Source: Camelus ferus
Lineage: Eukaryota
Length of the DNA stretch: 64,000 bases
Direction: 5' to 3'
NCBI RefSeq assembly: GCF_009834535.1
Contig: NC_045696.1
Location: 121,398,001-121,462,000 of the forward strand
Shown here: one piece after another, positions 26,200 to 39,333 of the stretch
Position numbering within the stretch: the stretch's first letter is position 1
How the letters are laid out: every line of letters begins with the position of its first letter
Position numbers and translations under genes: made by a program
The notes under the pieces: model-generated
Seen by the model: only the letters and a program-made list of their open reading frames with translations
Told to the model about the DNA's origin: nothing
Databases searched by the model: none

Positions 26200-26720
26200 T
26201 GTATATGAAAACATATATTCTTTCATCATTTTAAAAGATATGGGGTCATACTACCCTTACATCTAATTATCCTTCTTTTTGAACAGTGTTATTTCATAGT
26301 CTATGTCATTAAATATTGCTTGAAAATCTCATTGTTCATAACTGGACACTACTGAATTGTATCAACATAATTTATGTAATCACTTCCTATTGTTGTACAT
26401 ATACACTGTTTTCATCATTTTCATATTTCCACTATTATAAACACCATGAGAAGCAACCTCCTGTATACATGAGGTATACATAATCATTAGATCCTATTTC
26501 CACAGGCAACTGTAAGGGGTTTAGAATACCTCCCCGCTGCACCATCAACAATGTTATCATTTTTAAAAACCTAAGGAATCATAATAATTGAAAAATGGTA
26601 TCTTATTTTATACTCACACTTACTTGATTATTAATAGAGTAGGACATTTTCATGTGTTATTAGATATTTAAGAGTCTGCTTCAGGAATTCTGTCCATAGT
26701 CTGTGCACATGTGTCCACTG
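26200..26720 (-). mobile_element. Very old L1 (L1ME-like) fragment
   Basis: 'aatttatgtaatcacttcctattgttg...gaaaaatggtatcttattt...gacattttcatgtgttattag'. Confidence 0.6.
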
Positions 26721-26754
26721 GGGTGTGATGATAATATCTGAAGCATGAATTTAT

Positions 26755-27400
26755 GTATCAGTCAGGGCTCTTAACTACAAGGAAAAAAGAGAGAAAAAGA
26801 GAGGGGGGAGGAAGGAAGGAAGGAAGGAAAGAAGGAAGGAAGGAAGGAAGGAAGAGGAAGGAAGGAAGGAAGGAAGGAAGGAAGGAAGGAAGGAAGGCAG
26901 GCAGGCAGGCAGGCAGGAAGAAAGGAAAGATGTTGTGTTGAAAAGGTTTGAGGGTTGTCCACAGTGTCTGGGAAAGCTTGAAAACCAACCCTGAGGCTAA
27001 GCAGCCAGGAAATATGACTAAGACCTCCCTTTTGAACCAGTTTTGGTAAAGAAACTCTGCCCCTACGCCCCAGCCACCAGAGAGATAGACTCCTGGTCCC
27101 TCGTGTCTCATGGCCATTTTACCGAGCCTGAGGCTTCCTAGGAGGGAGGAGGTTGTGTCCCCTCCCAAAGCTCCTGAGATAGAGATTCCCAAATACAGGA
27201 GGAGGTGGGGCAGCTGGGCAGCTGAGACAGATGTGAAGTGTGTGTTGGCCTTCACTGGGGGGCCTGTGCTCTGTCTCTTAGCCCCCTTCCTGACCTGCAG
27301 CGTTAAGGAGAGGCAGAGATCAGTGAAGCTGTGGGCACACAGTGGTATCAGCCCACGTACAGACACCTCTCAACAACCCCTGCAAGGAGGAGATCAGTTA
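26755..27400. mobile_element. MLT1-type LTR containing a GGAA microsatellite
   Basis: Starts 'tgtatcagtcagggctcttaactacaag'; internal 'gggcagctgggcag'; right boundary uncertain. Confidence 0.5.
26809..26918 (+). repeat. (GGAA)n(GGCA)n compound microsatellite
   Basis: Roughly 20 GGAA-type units followed by about 5 GGCA units. Confidence 0.95.
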
Positions 27401-27577
27401 TGACCCCTTATAATTCACTGGCAGATGAGAAGCCCCTTACGGATGGGCGGCCCTTCCTGCCCGTGCTCCCCATGGTGCCTGTAACTGCCCCTGCCTACAC
27501 CCCTGTGCAATGCATGAAGACGCCAAATCCAGAGGAAGACACAACCGCATGAACGCCTCCTTTAGAAGATGCCTTTG

Positions 27578-28000
27578 AGTAAGCCAGAAAGAGAAAGAAA
27601 AATACTGTATGATATCACACATATGTGGAATCTAAAAAAAAAAACAGAAAAAAGAAAAGAAAAGAGAGGACACTAATGAACTCATCTGCAAAACAGAAAC
27701 AGACTCACAGACATAGTAAACAATCTTATGGTTAGCGGGGGGAAAGGGGTGGGAAGGCATAAATTTGGGAGTTTGAGATTTGCAAATGTTAGCAAAACTA
27801 TATATAAAAATAGATTAAAAAACAAATTTCTTCTGTATAGCACAGGGAACTATATTCAATATCTTGTAATAATCTTTAAAGAAAAAGAATATGAAAATGA
27901 ATATACGTATATATATGCATGACTGGGACATTGTGCTGTATACCAGAAATTGACACATTGTAACTGACTATACTTCAATCAAAAGAAAGAAAGAAAGAAA
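27578..28000 (+). mobile_element. Young camelid-type L1 3' end
   Basis: 'agtaagccagaaagagaaagaaaaatac...tgactgggacattgtgctgtataccagaaattgacacattgtaactgactatacttcaat' plus (AAAG)n tail. Confidence 0.92.
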
Positions 28001-28419
28001 GGGCCTTAATGCTTTCGGATTAAACTTCTTAGCTGTGCAGCCTGCAGGCCTGGCCAAGTGAGGCAGCAGCCAAACAGATGTGCACAGCTGGGAGCATTTT
28101 GTGAGTTAGGGGAGCCACTGGAAGCAAAAGCCTGTCTCATTCTCCACCAAGTACCTGGCTTCCCTGCTCTCTCCTTCCCTCACCGCCACCTCCACCACCC
28201 TGAAGCCTTGCTGCTACCATACTGATGGGTTTTCCAGGCTTTAATCACCTTAAATGAAGCTTTTCACTACTCTGCTATTAATTTAACTGACATTTCCTGG
28301 ACACCTTCCAAGGATATATACCCACCTGAGCTACACTGAAGTTTTCAAAATCTAGGTTATTGCTGAACATGTCATGTTCCACTTAAAGTATATGCGACTT
28401 AGATGGTCCAAATGCTTCC

Positions 28420-28750
28420 ATTCTCACCTCCCAATGCCCTCTCTGCCCCCTCCACCCTGCTCTCTGCACTCAAGGCTAACCTTGCCCTCTGACTTCTGCC
28501 TGGGTTTGGCCAATGGAAAAAGGAAGGTGGAATAGAGGGGGCGAGGCCCCTCCCTGCATCTCTCCTGTCCAGCTGCCCCTCCGCACAGCTCAGGTTCCAG
28601 TTCCAGAGACAGCTCTCTTCACCTGCCCTCAGGCGCTAGTGCCCCGCTGCCCCAGGCCCTGTACCAGTCCCACCTCCGGGAACGGTCCTCACACTGCCCA
28701 CTTCATGTGCCATCTCTTTCCCACCATGACCCTCACATACGTCAGCCAAT
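28420..28750 (+). mobile_element. LTR33-like (ERVL) fragment
   Basis: 'ccttgccctctgacttctgcctgggtttggccaatgg'. Confidence 0.5.
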
Positions 28751-28829
28751 AATATTAAGATTATGACAATGCTTAAAGAGATTTAAAAATTTTTGTTTAA
28801 TTTTTAAAGACTATCACCCGGTCTGCACT

Positions 28830-29270
28830 TTACTTGGAAGTTCATTTTAAAAAAGAAAAAGATGGACTGATGGACAGAAATGCGATAAAGTAAATACAGT
28901 AAAATGTTAGCGGCAGGATCTCAGCGGTGAGATATGGGTGCTCACTTAAACCTTTCCAACATTTCTGAGTGTTTGAAAAATTTCATGATAAAATGTTGGG
29001 GGAAATTCTATCACCACAAATATAGAGGAAACTTAAGACGGTATAAAAGAATGTGACAAGTCTGATGAGATGGACTGTTGGTGAGAATATACGAAGCACC
29101 AGAGCTGACACAAGGAAAAGCAGACAACTGAAATTATCTAATAACCATGAAAGAAACTGGAAAAGTTCTTGAAGTCTTGCCCCCTAAAGCATGCTAGGCC
29201 TTTATGGTCTTACAGGTAAGCTCTATAAAGTTTTAGAGGCATGAATAGATCTCACAACTATATAATCAGT
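28830..29270 (+). mobile_element. Old L1ME-like fragments
   Basis: 'aaatacagtaaaatgttag...gtttgaaaaatttcatgataaaatgttgggg' and ORF2-like 'ctaggcctttatggtcttacagg'. Confidence 0.6.
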
Positions 29271-30489
29271 ACAGTTATTGTCTGCATTTTTCATTATTTC
29301 TTTAAGAAAGAGCCCCAAAAGTGGAATGCCTAGTTCCAGCAGTATACAGGTGTCTATGCATCTTGGCTCTCTTGGCCGAGTCACAGTGGGTATAACCAGC
29401 ACTGTGTTTGCATTTCCACGCTCACCCCTGTCCTACGGCCAGTCTGTTCTGTGTGTCCTGTATGTACATCTTCTGGGTCTGCAGGCAGGGCCACCCCCTC
29501 TCAGCATCCTCTCCCAAAGCTGCACATTCACATACATCAGGCATTGGATGTGTTGTCTGCTGCTAATTTGAGAGAAACATGAACAGTGAGTAAGGGTAAC
29601 TCATGAAGAATTAAAATGCAGACCCCAGTGTGACTCTACAAAACAGTGGTCCAGGACTGCTTTGTAGATCAGCTTCCTAAAAATTAAGAGATTATGAGAG
29701 AAAAAACAACCACAACAGAGTCAGCTCTTCATTTATCTCTTCTTAAAACTTCTGATTCCATAGGCTGAGGAAGCAGCATTTTCAAATTCTCCCAGGTCTC
29801 ATCGCTCTAGGCTATAACTGTATGTAATTACTGAATCACTCAGTCACTGAACTCTCAGATTTTAATCCTCTGTGAGTTTCTGGGCAAGAGAAGTGGGGTG
29901 GGGAGGAAGTACATTCAGGGAATAAGTGACCCAACAAGAGGGCAAGTTCTACAGCTTTTCTGCAACAGCAGAACCTGCCAGGCCACCTCTGTCACACAGA
30001 CAGGAACAGCAGTCCAGCAGGGACTTGGGAGTCCTGGCACTTAGACAGGACATGCCTTACCAAGCACCACATATCACCAGAGCCCACATCTGCTGACACG
30101 AGGGTGGCTCCCCGGCAGAGGCACCAGTGTCATCTTCCAGAGAGTAAACAGGAGGCCACAGCCATCCAACCTTCATAGACACTAGGCCGCGCTGTGTGTC
30201 TCTGGGGTGATCTGCACAGACACCGGGAACACATGCGTCTCTCCACTGTGAGGGCCAAGGACCACAGAAAAAGGCCCAGTCTGACCACAGGGCTCAGCAC
30301 AGTGGAGCACATATGACAGCAAAGAGCAGACGGGCCAATGCCTGGAGAGACACAGTCACCAGGCAGCTACAAAGGGAGCAAGCAAGGAAGGGAAACTAGT
30401 CATGCAGGACCCAGACAGGAGGATGGAACAGGGAAGGGCCTTCCAACGCGAGCACGCATCTTGGGAGAGCATCAGATACAGAGTATGAG

Positions 30490-30715
30490 GTCACAAAAAC
30501 CTTGTAATTAAGTCTGGGCTGGAGTCCCCATGTGGTCACTTACTGGCCATGTTACCTTGGGCAAGTCACCTGTAAGCCAGCCTTTCTGAGCTTCTGGTGT
30601 CCCATCTGTAAACTGGAATACCACCACCTAAATCACAAGCTTTTCTCTAACTGCTATTTCTGCGGTGTTACTCACAATGCCTGACACATAAAAGACAGTC
30701 AAATACTTGACACCT
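30490..30715 (+). mobile_element. MIR SINE
   Basis: 'cacttactggccatgttaccttgggcaagtcac...cccatctgtaaactgg'. Confidence 0.7.
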
Positions 30716-32499
30716 ACTGTCACTCAGGTATCAGCTGGGGTCTCAGTGCCCCAAAAGACTGAGGGCTCCAACTTCATATAAGCCTCCATACTTTTTTTAA
30801 TTCTCAGGAACGTGCACATGTGTGTGTGTGTGCGCGCATGCGTGTGTGTTTTGGGGTGAATAGGCAGGAAGGAGATTTAACTCAGTAAGTCAGATGACAA
30901 AAATGTAGATTCCTTTATTTTCTATTAATTCACCTCATCTTTTTCTCAGTTTGGAAGAAAACATGCACTTACCCATTAAAAGTAACACTTCACATTAAAG
31001 TATGCTTTCTAGTTATTTCCACCCCTTTGGGTAAGTACTCTGTCCATTCAAGCGTCAAATTCCCCATCAAGGGTGTTTCTCTCTTTTCCGAAAGGGTCTC
31101 CTCACCCCTCCAACCTTTTTACAAGCCTGTCTGGGAGCAGGGGGTGCACACATCTTCCCGGCAGCAGGGGAGGGCCATCTGGTCCTTGCTCTCTACCCTC
31201 ATGGTCCCTAATAAACTCAAGGCTGAAGAGACCCACCCCACCCAGGATTTCGGCAGTGGCTCTGTCCTCATGTAACCACTGCTGTCGACAACCAGTTGCC
31301 TGCAGTCGAGGGCCAGGTTCTCCTCCCGCCCCCATCAGCTCCTGTGGGGCTGGCGAATCCTGAGCTCTGCGCATGACTCCAACTTAATTACCAGCTTGGC
31401 TGGTCATCCTTGCAACCCTTGGCCATGGGGTCACTTTGGCCAGAGCACAGAGGTCAAGTTCTCTCCTCATTATCCACGCGCTACGGGAACAGCGGGGTGG
31501 GGGTGGGGGGGTTGTGGGAAATGGTGTCGAGCCCTCAGTCTACGTATGGCAATCCCACTGCAGTTACCATAGTCACCAGGAGGCATCACTGCCGTGTCCT
31601 TCCCCGAGTCACAAAGAGGGAGTAGGTAGAAGCCCTCTTCCCTTTGGCTCCCTCTTCAACCTAACTGGAGCTTCTTCCTTCTTAATTCCCGCAGCACAGC
31701 CAGTGCAGTGGAGAAACTGGATTCCTGTGGAGGGCAGCATCCCCACGGGAGATGCCACATCTAAACCTCCCCTTCCTCAGCCTGCAGAGGACTTCTGTGT
31801 CCACTCCTTGTCACACGGCACCTTCCCCTCAGTCAACAAACATCTATGACTAGAGCCAGGGCAGTCTGAGTCCTGATACTTAAAGGTGAGCTTCTGTAAA
31901 TTGGGAAACCTTGCAGTCTTCAAGACAATCAGAAGCTGCACACCGACTCTCCTGGAAGGCTGTGTGGCTGTAATAAGCCCAACATTCCTTGAGGCAAAGG
32001 CTTCCGCTAGTTGAATGTGGAGGTCGCAAGCAAATGCAAAAGGGGAAAACATATGAAGTTCTACAACAGTCTCATCATATCAACATCTCCTTGGTGGTCT
32101 CTTGTCCCAGATTCCCAATTCCAACAGATCCGTTCAGGTACTGAGTCACCTTGCCTGGTAGCACCTGCTGTCTCTAGTCCTTCCCACCCAGACCCAGGGG
32201 GAAAACTCAGACAGTCCTGGGATTGGCACACACACGCTGAAGCGGAAAGCAGACTCCACTGCCAGCCATGATGATACACAGAACAGACTTGATAAAGGGT
32301 AGGGAGGATACAGATGAGGGATTTACAGTACAGAAAAGCAAACTACTAAAGTTGGACATTAGCCAGTTCTTTCCTTAAACGTTCTGGCCCGCCCACTGCC
32401 GATGACTTCTCACCGGCAGCATCCCCTCCTCAGCCCAAACCATCTCCCTCTTGTCTCTCTTTCCTCCTTCCATCTTTACTCCTAACCCTCCCCACCCTG

Positions 32500-32655
32500 G
32501 CTGTCCTCATGCACCTCTCCAAGCTCCGATAGGAATCATCTGGGGGTCTTGGTCCAATGTAGATTCTCATCCAACAGATCCAGGTTGGGCCCAAGATTCA
32601 ACATCTCACAAGCTCCCTGGTGTTGCCCACGCTGGTCCAAGGATGATACGTTGAG
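32500..32655. mobile_element. MER5-like hAT/Charlie DNA transposon remnant
   Basis: 'ggaatcatctggggg...aatgtagattctc...gggcccaagattc...caagctccctggtg...gctggtccaagga'. Confidence 0.65.
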
Positions 32656-34509
32656 GAGAAGGCTTTGGGAATTCCTTCGTTTTCTTTTATCCAGAGCCCT
32701 TCTGCCCTTCCAGGCTCCTACTGTCAAGCTACATCTCCACACCCACCTTTTTGCCTTTCCAAACGCAATGTTCTGCACAACAGATGGAACTAGTAATTTA
32801 GTACAATCCACCCTCCTTGGAAGTCAACTTCATTTTAAAAAGTCAAATGTTCTTGCTTCCTTTGCACCACACCGTAATCTCTCAGTTACCTGCACGTCGC
32901 GAGGCAAGTTGCGCCAGTGGCTGATCCTACGTGGTGGCTCCTACCCCATCCACGCCCTGACTCTCCCCTGCCTACTTCACTTCACCCCACCAGTCCCCAT
33001 CCCAGAATACTCTCACTTAAGAGAACAACAGTTTTAGACTGACTTCCTTCAAGCCTACGCTATGTGAGCAAAAATGACAAACACAGACAGAGGCGAGGCC
33101 TTCTTGTTGACTAAAAATAAAAAAGGAAAGGAGGGAAACACCAAGCCCAGGAGCTGGTGTTCGCCAGGAAGGCTTCTAAATCTGTTCTTCCGTGAATTCA
33201 AACTGGGACACGGGGAGCCTCATAGCTTAGCTACTTTATTAGGTGATTAGTAATTAAAAGTGCCTCAAAAAACCAGCACTGAAGACTTGCACCTAACCCC
33301 AGTGTGGCTCATCTGAACACAGAAGCACTTTAGAAATGTAAAATTCTTTAATCACTCCAAATTGCCCAAGAACAAACGGGGCCAAGAGCGTCAATTGCTT
33401 CTAAAATAAGATGCAGGTGTTCTGAAAACTCTAAAGCAGCCTGTTCCTTTTAAATTACTCTTCATTCTCTGTGCCCACAGGGAAGGGAGGATTGAAGGAG
33501 GCATTTTCCATCACGGCCTCACTAGCGGAATGACGGCAGTGATTCCAAAAAAGTAAAAGAAAAAAAAAAGAAAACAAACACACACCTCTCCTTCCAGCCT
33601 CAGCTGTATACCCGAGGTTGGAGGGGCAGACCCACACATCCTCAGCAGTAAACTGCATCACTGTTCCCAATCTGTCACCCTCCCGAACCCGGCCCTTTGC
33701 CGAGCGATTCTGAAGTTCCTCCCCCAGAGGTTCGGAGCGGGTTTCTCCACACTCGACTTAGGGTTTGTCCACATCACTTTCTCTGGCCGCAGAATGAAGC
33801 AGCAGGGACAGGGTGTGAGCTCTGGGCCCAGACCCTGAGACGCCTTGTGTGATGTTTCGTGCTCTTTGAGACTTTGGTCATCGCTACAAGAGAACACGGC
33901 CCCGCCAGCCCTCTGGTCCCAAGGGGATGAAAAATTCACAGGACAGAGCTTTCCCAACCAAAAAGAAGGCAAAGGAGCCCAGCCCAAACCATGTGGCTCT
34001 CAGTCAACCCACAGACACCTGAGCTAAAAGTCATTTCTGGGCCACTGAGTTTCTGTGCTTGTTCGTTCCACAGGACAATGGTGGCAGGGGAGGACTGGGC
34101 TACGGCAATCATCAGCGTGACAGCGAGGAAAACCCTGTCCTTCATCTGGTGCCGTAAATCCGTCTTTCCGTGGGAGTCCAGATGCTTTATTCCACTGTGT
34201 ACATTAGGAAGATTCACAACTGGCATCTCCTTACCAGCGGGAGTCTCCCTCGGCTGCAGCAGCCTGCACAATGCACCATTTCCATTTTTCTGATTTTAAA
34301 ATACTGTTAAGTTTTTGGCTAAGGTGCAGAACTCTCATCAGCTTAACTAAATCTTAAAATAGGGCCTGCTCTTGAAAAAATGCTTTCTAAGGGTTCTTGG
34401 TGCAGGGTTATGACACCTCCAGAAAAAGGCACACCTTCCCCCACAAGACAGTGCAGGTGGCGATGGAAGGCCTCCTGCTGGGAGAATATTCATCAGATCA
34501 GAAAGCAGA

Positions 34510-34955
34510 GACGCTGACTCTGAATTCACACCTGCTAGCTGTGGGGACTTGAACAAGTTACTTAATCTCCCTGAGCCTCCGTCATTTGATCCATAAACTG
34601 AGGTCTCACGGGGCAGGTAAATGAGTGAAGAAATGGAGGATACCCTGCCAGACACCTGACATGTGCCAGTAGCAGATACTCAAAGAGGATTTGTTTCTTT
34701 CTCACTCTGACTCCCTTCCCCTCATCCTTAAAAAGGATGCTACTCTGGTTGTTTCAAAGAATAGCCATTTTGAGGTTAAACTGAGATTGTTCAACAGGAT
34801 TTCCTGAATTCCTAACACGTGCCCAGGTACAGCACTTCCCTGGTCATGCAGAGCAGTTAACCAGCCCTGAATCATACAGCTACTAAGCAGCAGAGCAGGG
34901 ATTCGAACCTGGGTCGTCCGGTTGTAGGGCCCATGCCCTTAACCACTCTGCTATA
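34510..34955. mobile_element. Two MIR fragments (+ at ~34510-34690; - at ~34850-34955)
   Basis: 'aacaagttacttaatctccctgagcctc' and 'gcagggattcgaacctggg...cttaaccactctgcta'. Confidence 0.7.
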
Positions 34956-35622
34956 ATACTATCTCCTGAAATGGGTGATACAGCAACCCTCCGTCCCACC
35001 AGTCCTCCCTGCACGACCATCTATAATGTTGATAAACTGAAGCAACGTTAAGGAGGGAAGGTACCGAAAAGTGTGCACTGTGTATGCCATTTATGTTAAG
35101 ATTTTAGATTTTTTAAATATGTAAGAGACATCACCAAATGGATAACCTCTTGAGAAGTGACTGGGAACGAAAATGGGTGGTTTTTAAAATGTGACTGTAT
35201 TTGTGTATTACTCATTCAACTAAAAAGTAGTATTTTTAATCCCTCCTAACAAAAAACTCAATGAGAAACTCCAAAGGCTGACTGGAAGAATATTCTAGGA
35301 GTTTAGCACCAGCTGTGCAACAGCTAGGCAGAGGAAATGTAACAAGCTGACAAAATCAGGACTGGAAATCATAAAACATGGTCAGGACCACGACCCTCCA
35401 AATAAACCCCCTACACAGAGATGCTCCCAGGTACTGAGTACACAGGAGACCGGTGTCTCTCCCAGTCTTCCCACATTGGGTGCCTCCTCCAGACATAGGG
35501 AATTCTATACCCAGCGGAGGTCTTATGACCACAGACCCTGCTTACTTTACAGTGAGGGATGGAGACATGGGCAGGAGAGGCGTGTTGCCCCAGACCTCCC
35601 GGACACAGCAGAGCCCAGACTG

Positions 35623-35678
35623 GGACCCTGGCCAGGACCCTGGCCAGAACCCTGGCCAGAACCCTTTCCGAACCCCTG
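35623..35678 (+). repeat. 12-bp tandem repeat G(G/A)ACCCTGGCCA, 3 intact units plus degenerate units
   Basis: Units start at 35623, 35635 and 35647; degenerate units at 35659 and 35670. Confidence 0.9.
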
Positions 35679-35829
35679 CACACTGCCATGGACAAGCCCC
35701 ATTCGTGGCTGGACGGAGCCACTGGTACGCCATCCCACCATGGATGACCGTGATGCTATACATTCGTGCAAGGCACTCGGGCCTGTGCAGAGGGGAAGGG
35801 GTCAAGCCCGAGCTTCTTTCTTTCCTTCT

Positions 35830-36080
35830 AGTTTTACTGAAGTATGACTGACGTGCAGCACTGTGTAAGTTTAAGGTGTGCCACGTGATGATCTGAATGA
35901 CACAAATGATGAAATGCTGACCACAATAAGTCTAGCGGACGTCCGTCATCTCACAGACACAACATTAAAGAAGCAGGAAAAACTTCTTGTGATGAGAACT
36001 CTTACTCTCATATACGAGAGTGTCAGTCATATCCATCACGTTGTATGTTACAGGGATGTTGTACAGCCCCAGACTTTTAT
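35830..36080 (-). mobile_element. L1 3'-end fragment (older subfamily)
   Basis: 'ttttactgaagtatgactgac...aagtttaaggtgt...accacaataagtctag...tgtgatgagaactctta'. Confidence 0.7.
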
Positions 36081-36329
36081 CAATTAAAGGCTACTCTTGA
36101 AAGAGACAGGGGAGGACCAAGGCAAATACCTGCATTTGTTTATTCATGAATTTGTTTATTCTGAAAATAAACTATTTTCTATGCACCTACTGGGCATTAT
36201 GAGTGTGATACAATAATGGGCACTTTTACTTTCAAGTAAGAAATAAATCCCCTTCTGAAGAATTAAACCCACTAGGGGAGTGTGATGACTGTGTGACCAC
36301 TGCAATATTAGCAATACATAAGCAATATA

Positions 36330-39080
36330 AAAAATCCAGCAATATATACTAAACATTTTTATCCAAGATTCGGAACAAAGTAAAGATTTCCACTCTCACC
36401 ACATGTATTCTTCTGTGTACTAGAAGTTCTAGACAGTGCAAGAAGGAAAAAGAAAAAGATTAAAAAGGAGAGCTATCATTACTCACAGGCGATATTACCA
36501 TGTACTCAGAGAATCCTGTGGAATCTAAAAAATAAATTGATAAAACTAACAAACAAATTAGGAAAGTCACAGGATACAAAGTTATGTACATGAACCAACC
36601 AACAAAGTATTTCCATTTACTAATAATAAATAACTAGAAAATAAGATAATTTAAAGTAGCATGAAAATAAAATACATAGAAATAAAATTAGCAAAACAGG
36701 TACAGACGTACAGGGTGAAAACCAGAAAAAAATTTTGAGAGAAATTTTTTCAAAAATTTTAAAGACAGACATATCATGTTGAGATGTTAATTATCCTAAA
36801 ATTGATGTAAGAGTCAAAGCCATCTCAACAAATACAAACAAAATTTTTTGAAGAAATTGTCAAAGTGACAATTCAAATCTTTGTGAAAACACACATGATC
36901 TAGAATAGCCAAAAAAATCCTGGAAACAGGAATGTTGCAGGACTCAGTGTCTGAATTCAAGATATACTATGAAGATACACTAACCAAGAGAGGGAGACTG
37001 CTGGAGACAGACAAGTAGATGAACGGAACAGAAGAGGGTCTAGAAATGAAACCTGCACAATCACTCCAACTGATTTTCAACAAAGACAATTCAGTGTGCA
37101 ACCAAGAAAGTTCCAAAAGTTTTCATTAAGTGGCACTGAAAGAACTGGATATCTGTATAAAAAATAATTTCAAATCCTATGTCAGCCTATAAACAAACAT
37201 TAACCTAGGATGGATGTTAAAAGCTGTGATTATACAAATGACAAATGCTGGAGAGGCTGTGGAGAAAAGGGAACCCTCCTTCACTGCTGGTGGGAATGTA
37301 GTTTGGTGCAGCCACTGTGGAAAATAGTATGGAGGTTCCTCAAAAGACTAGGAATAGACTTACCATAGAACCCAGGAATCCTGCTTCTGGGCATATATCC
37401 AGAAGGAACCCTAATTCAAAAAGACACCTGCACCCCAATGTTCATAGCAGCACTATTTACAATAGCCAAGACATGGAAACAGCCTAAATGTCCATCAACA
37501 GATGACTGGCTAAAGATGTGGTATATTTATACAATGGAATACTATTCAGCCATAAAAAATGACAACATAACGCCATTTGCAGCAACATGGATGCTCCTGA
37601 AGAATGTCATTCTAAGTGAAGTTAGCCAGAAAGAGAAAGAAAAATACCACATGAGATCATTCATATGTGGAATCTAAAAAAAAAAAGAAAAAGAACATAA
37701 ATACAGAACAGAAACAGACTCATAGACAAAGAATGCAAACTTGTGGTTGCCAAGGTGGCAGGGGGTGGGAAGGGACAGAATGGGATTTCAAAATTTGTAG
37801 ACACTGACAGGCATATGTAGAATAGATAAACAACATTATACTGTATAACACAGGGAAATGTATACAAGATCTTATGGTAGCTCACAGTGAAAAAAAATGA
37901 GACAATGAATATATGTATGTTCATGTATAACTGAAAAATTGTGCTCTACACTGGAATTTGACACAACGCTGTAAAATGACTATAACTCAATTAAAAAAAA
38001 TGTTAAAAAAAAAAAAAAAGCTGTGATTATAAAGCTTCTAAAATACAGGGGGATATTTCCGTGAGTTTGAGAAAGGCAAATGTTACTTAATTAAGAAATA
38101 TAAAATGCAATAAATATAAAAGAAAAATGATACATTGGATTTAACTAAGTTTTAAAAAACTTCACAAATACACTAGTAGGAAATGAAAATGCAGGCTAAA
38201 GAGGATGATATTTGTGACATGAATATTCAGAGTATACAGAGTACTTCTACAAGTCAACACTAAAAATACACACAACCCAATTTATAAAAATATGAGCAAA
38301 AATATGACCAGATACTTCACAAAAGAAGATACATAATGGCCAATATACACATGAAAAATCACCCCACATAATTTAGTCATTAGGGAATTTCACTTAAACC
38401 ACAGTAAGATAATATTTCATGCTCACCAGGATGGCTAAAATCCAAAAGACTGACAATACCAAATGCTGACACAGATGGAGAGTGACTGGAACCCTTCTCT
38501 GTTCCTGTGAGGGTGTAGATGGTGTAACTACTTTCAAAGACTATGTGGAGTTTCTTATAAAATTCAACATACATTTATTCTATGGCCCCACAGTTTTATT
38601 TCTATGTATCTGCCCAAGAAAAGCAAATATATATGCCACTAAGACACTGTATAAGAATCTTCACAGCCGTTTTATTCCTAACAACTGAAAACTAAAAGTA
38701 GTCCAAATGTCCATAAACAGGGGAATGAATGAAAATATTCTGGTACATAGAAATAACAAACCACTGACACGAAAAACAACGTGGATGATCTCTAAAGCAT
38801 TATGTTCAAACATTATGTTCAAACCACAGAGTTCATTTACACGGAGTAAACCGAATCCGTGGGAACAGAAATCTGAACGGTGGTGGTCTTCTTGGGAGGA
38901 GCCTGGAGCGGGGTTGGGGGAGGACGTGAGATGACCTCCTGGGACACTGAGACTACCCTACAAATCAGCTGGGCTGGTTGTTACATAAGTGTATTTAATT
39001 GTCAAAACCATACGTACTGACAGTGAACTGAATAGATCTGGGAACTGTCTATGCAAATTTATTTCCATTGTAAAAAAAAG
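36330..39080 (+). mobile_element. Old L1 (ORF2 3' half plus 3' UTR), interrupted by a young L1
   Basis: 'aagattcggaacaaagtaaagatttccactctcaccac', 'ctagaatagccaaaaaaatcctg', 'accaggatggctaaaatccaaaagactgacaatacc'. Confidence 0.8.
37235..38015 (+). mobile_element. Young L1 3' end with intact poly(A) and perfect 16-bp TSD
   Basis: ORF 37438..37677 is the ORF2p C-terminus; TSD AAAAGCTGTGATTATA at 37219-37234 and 38016-38031. Confidence 0.95.
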
Positions 39081-39150
39081 GGCAAAAAATGGTCCCCCAA
39101 ATCCCGCTGAGGAGAGGTATTTGTATTCCATTTCAGGATGAAGAACTAAC

Positions 39151-39333
39151 CTCCGCACTCCAATCCAAGGTGAAATACCGAGATTTTCCGTTCCCATACC
39201 CAGACAAGGATACTCAATGTCATTAAGCAGAGACTCCGGGCTTTCTGTCTTTTCTCTCCCTCCATCTCCCCCTCTCCTTCAGCCCTCCTTCTCCTCCCCC
39301 TTGTAAACCTCCTTCGTCTTCGTCTGAGGGTCC
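39151..39333 (-). other. Candidate spliced exon (183 nt), host transcript unknown
   Basis: Acceptor 'tcttttcccagttttctag|', donor 'GAG|gttagt', purine/GAA-rich body, one frame fully open; no expression or homology evidence. Confidence 0.3.

Noticed and set aside
26753..27366. 202-aa and overlapping ORFs with LPSF/RKEG repeats
   Set aside because: Read-through of the GGAA microsatellite and LTR sequence
29200..29221. Recursive-splice-like motif ttacag|GTAAGC
   Set aside because: Lies in a decayed L1 ORF2-like stretch, has a poor pyrimidine tract, and there is no evidence of a plus-strand host intron
35623..35678. Short direct repeats resembling a CRISPR array
   Set aside because: Head-to-tail 12-mers without spacers, in mammalian DNA with no cas genes
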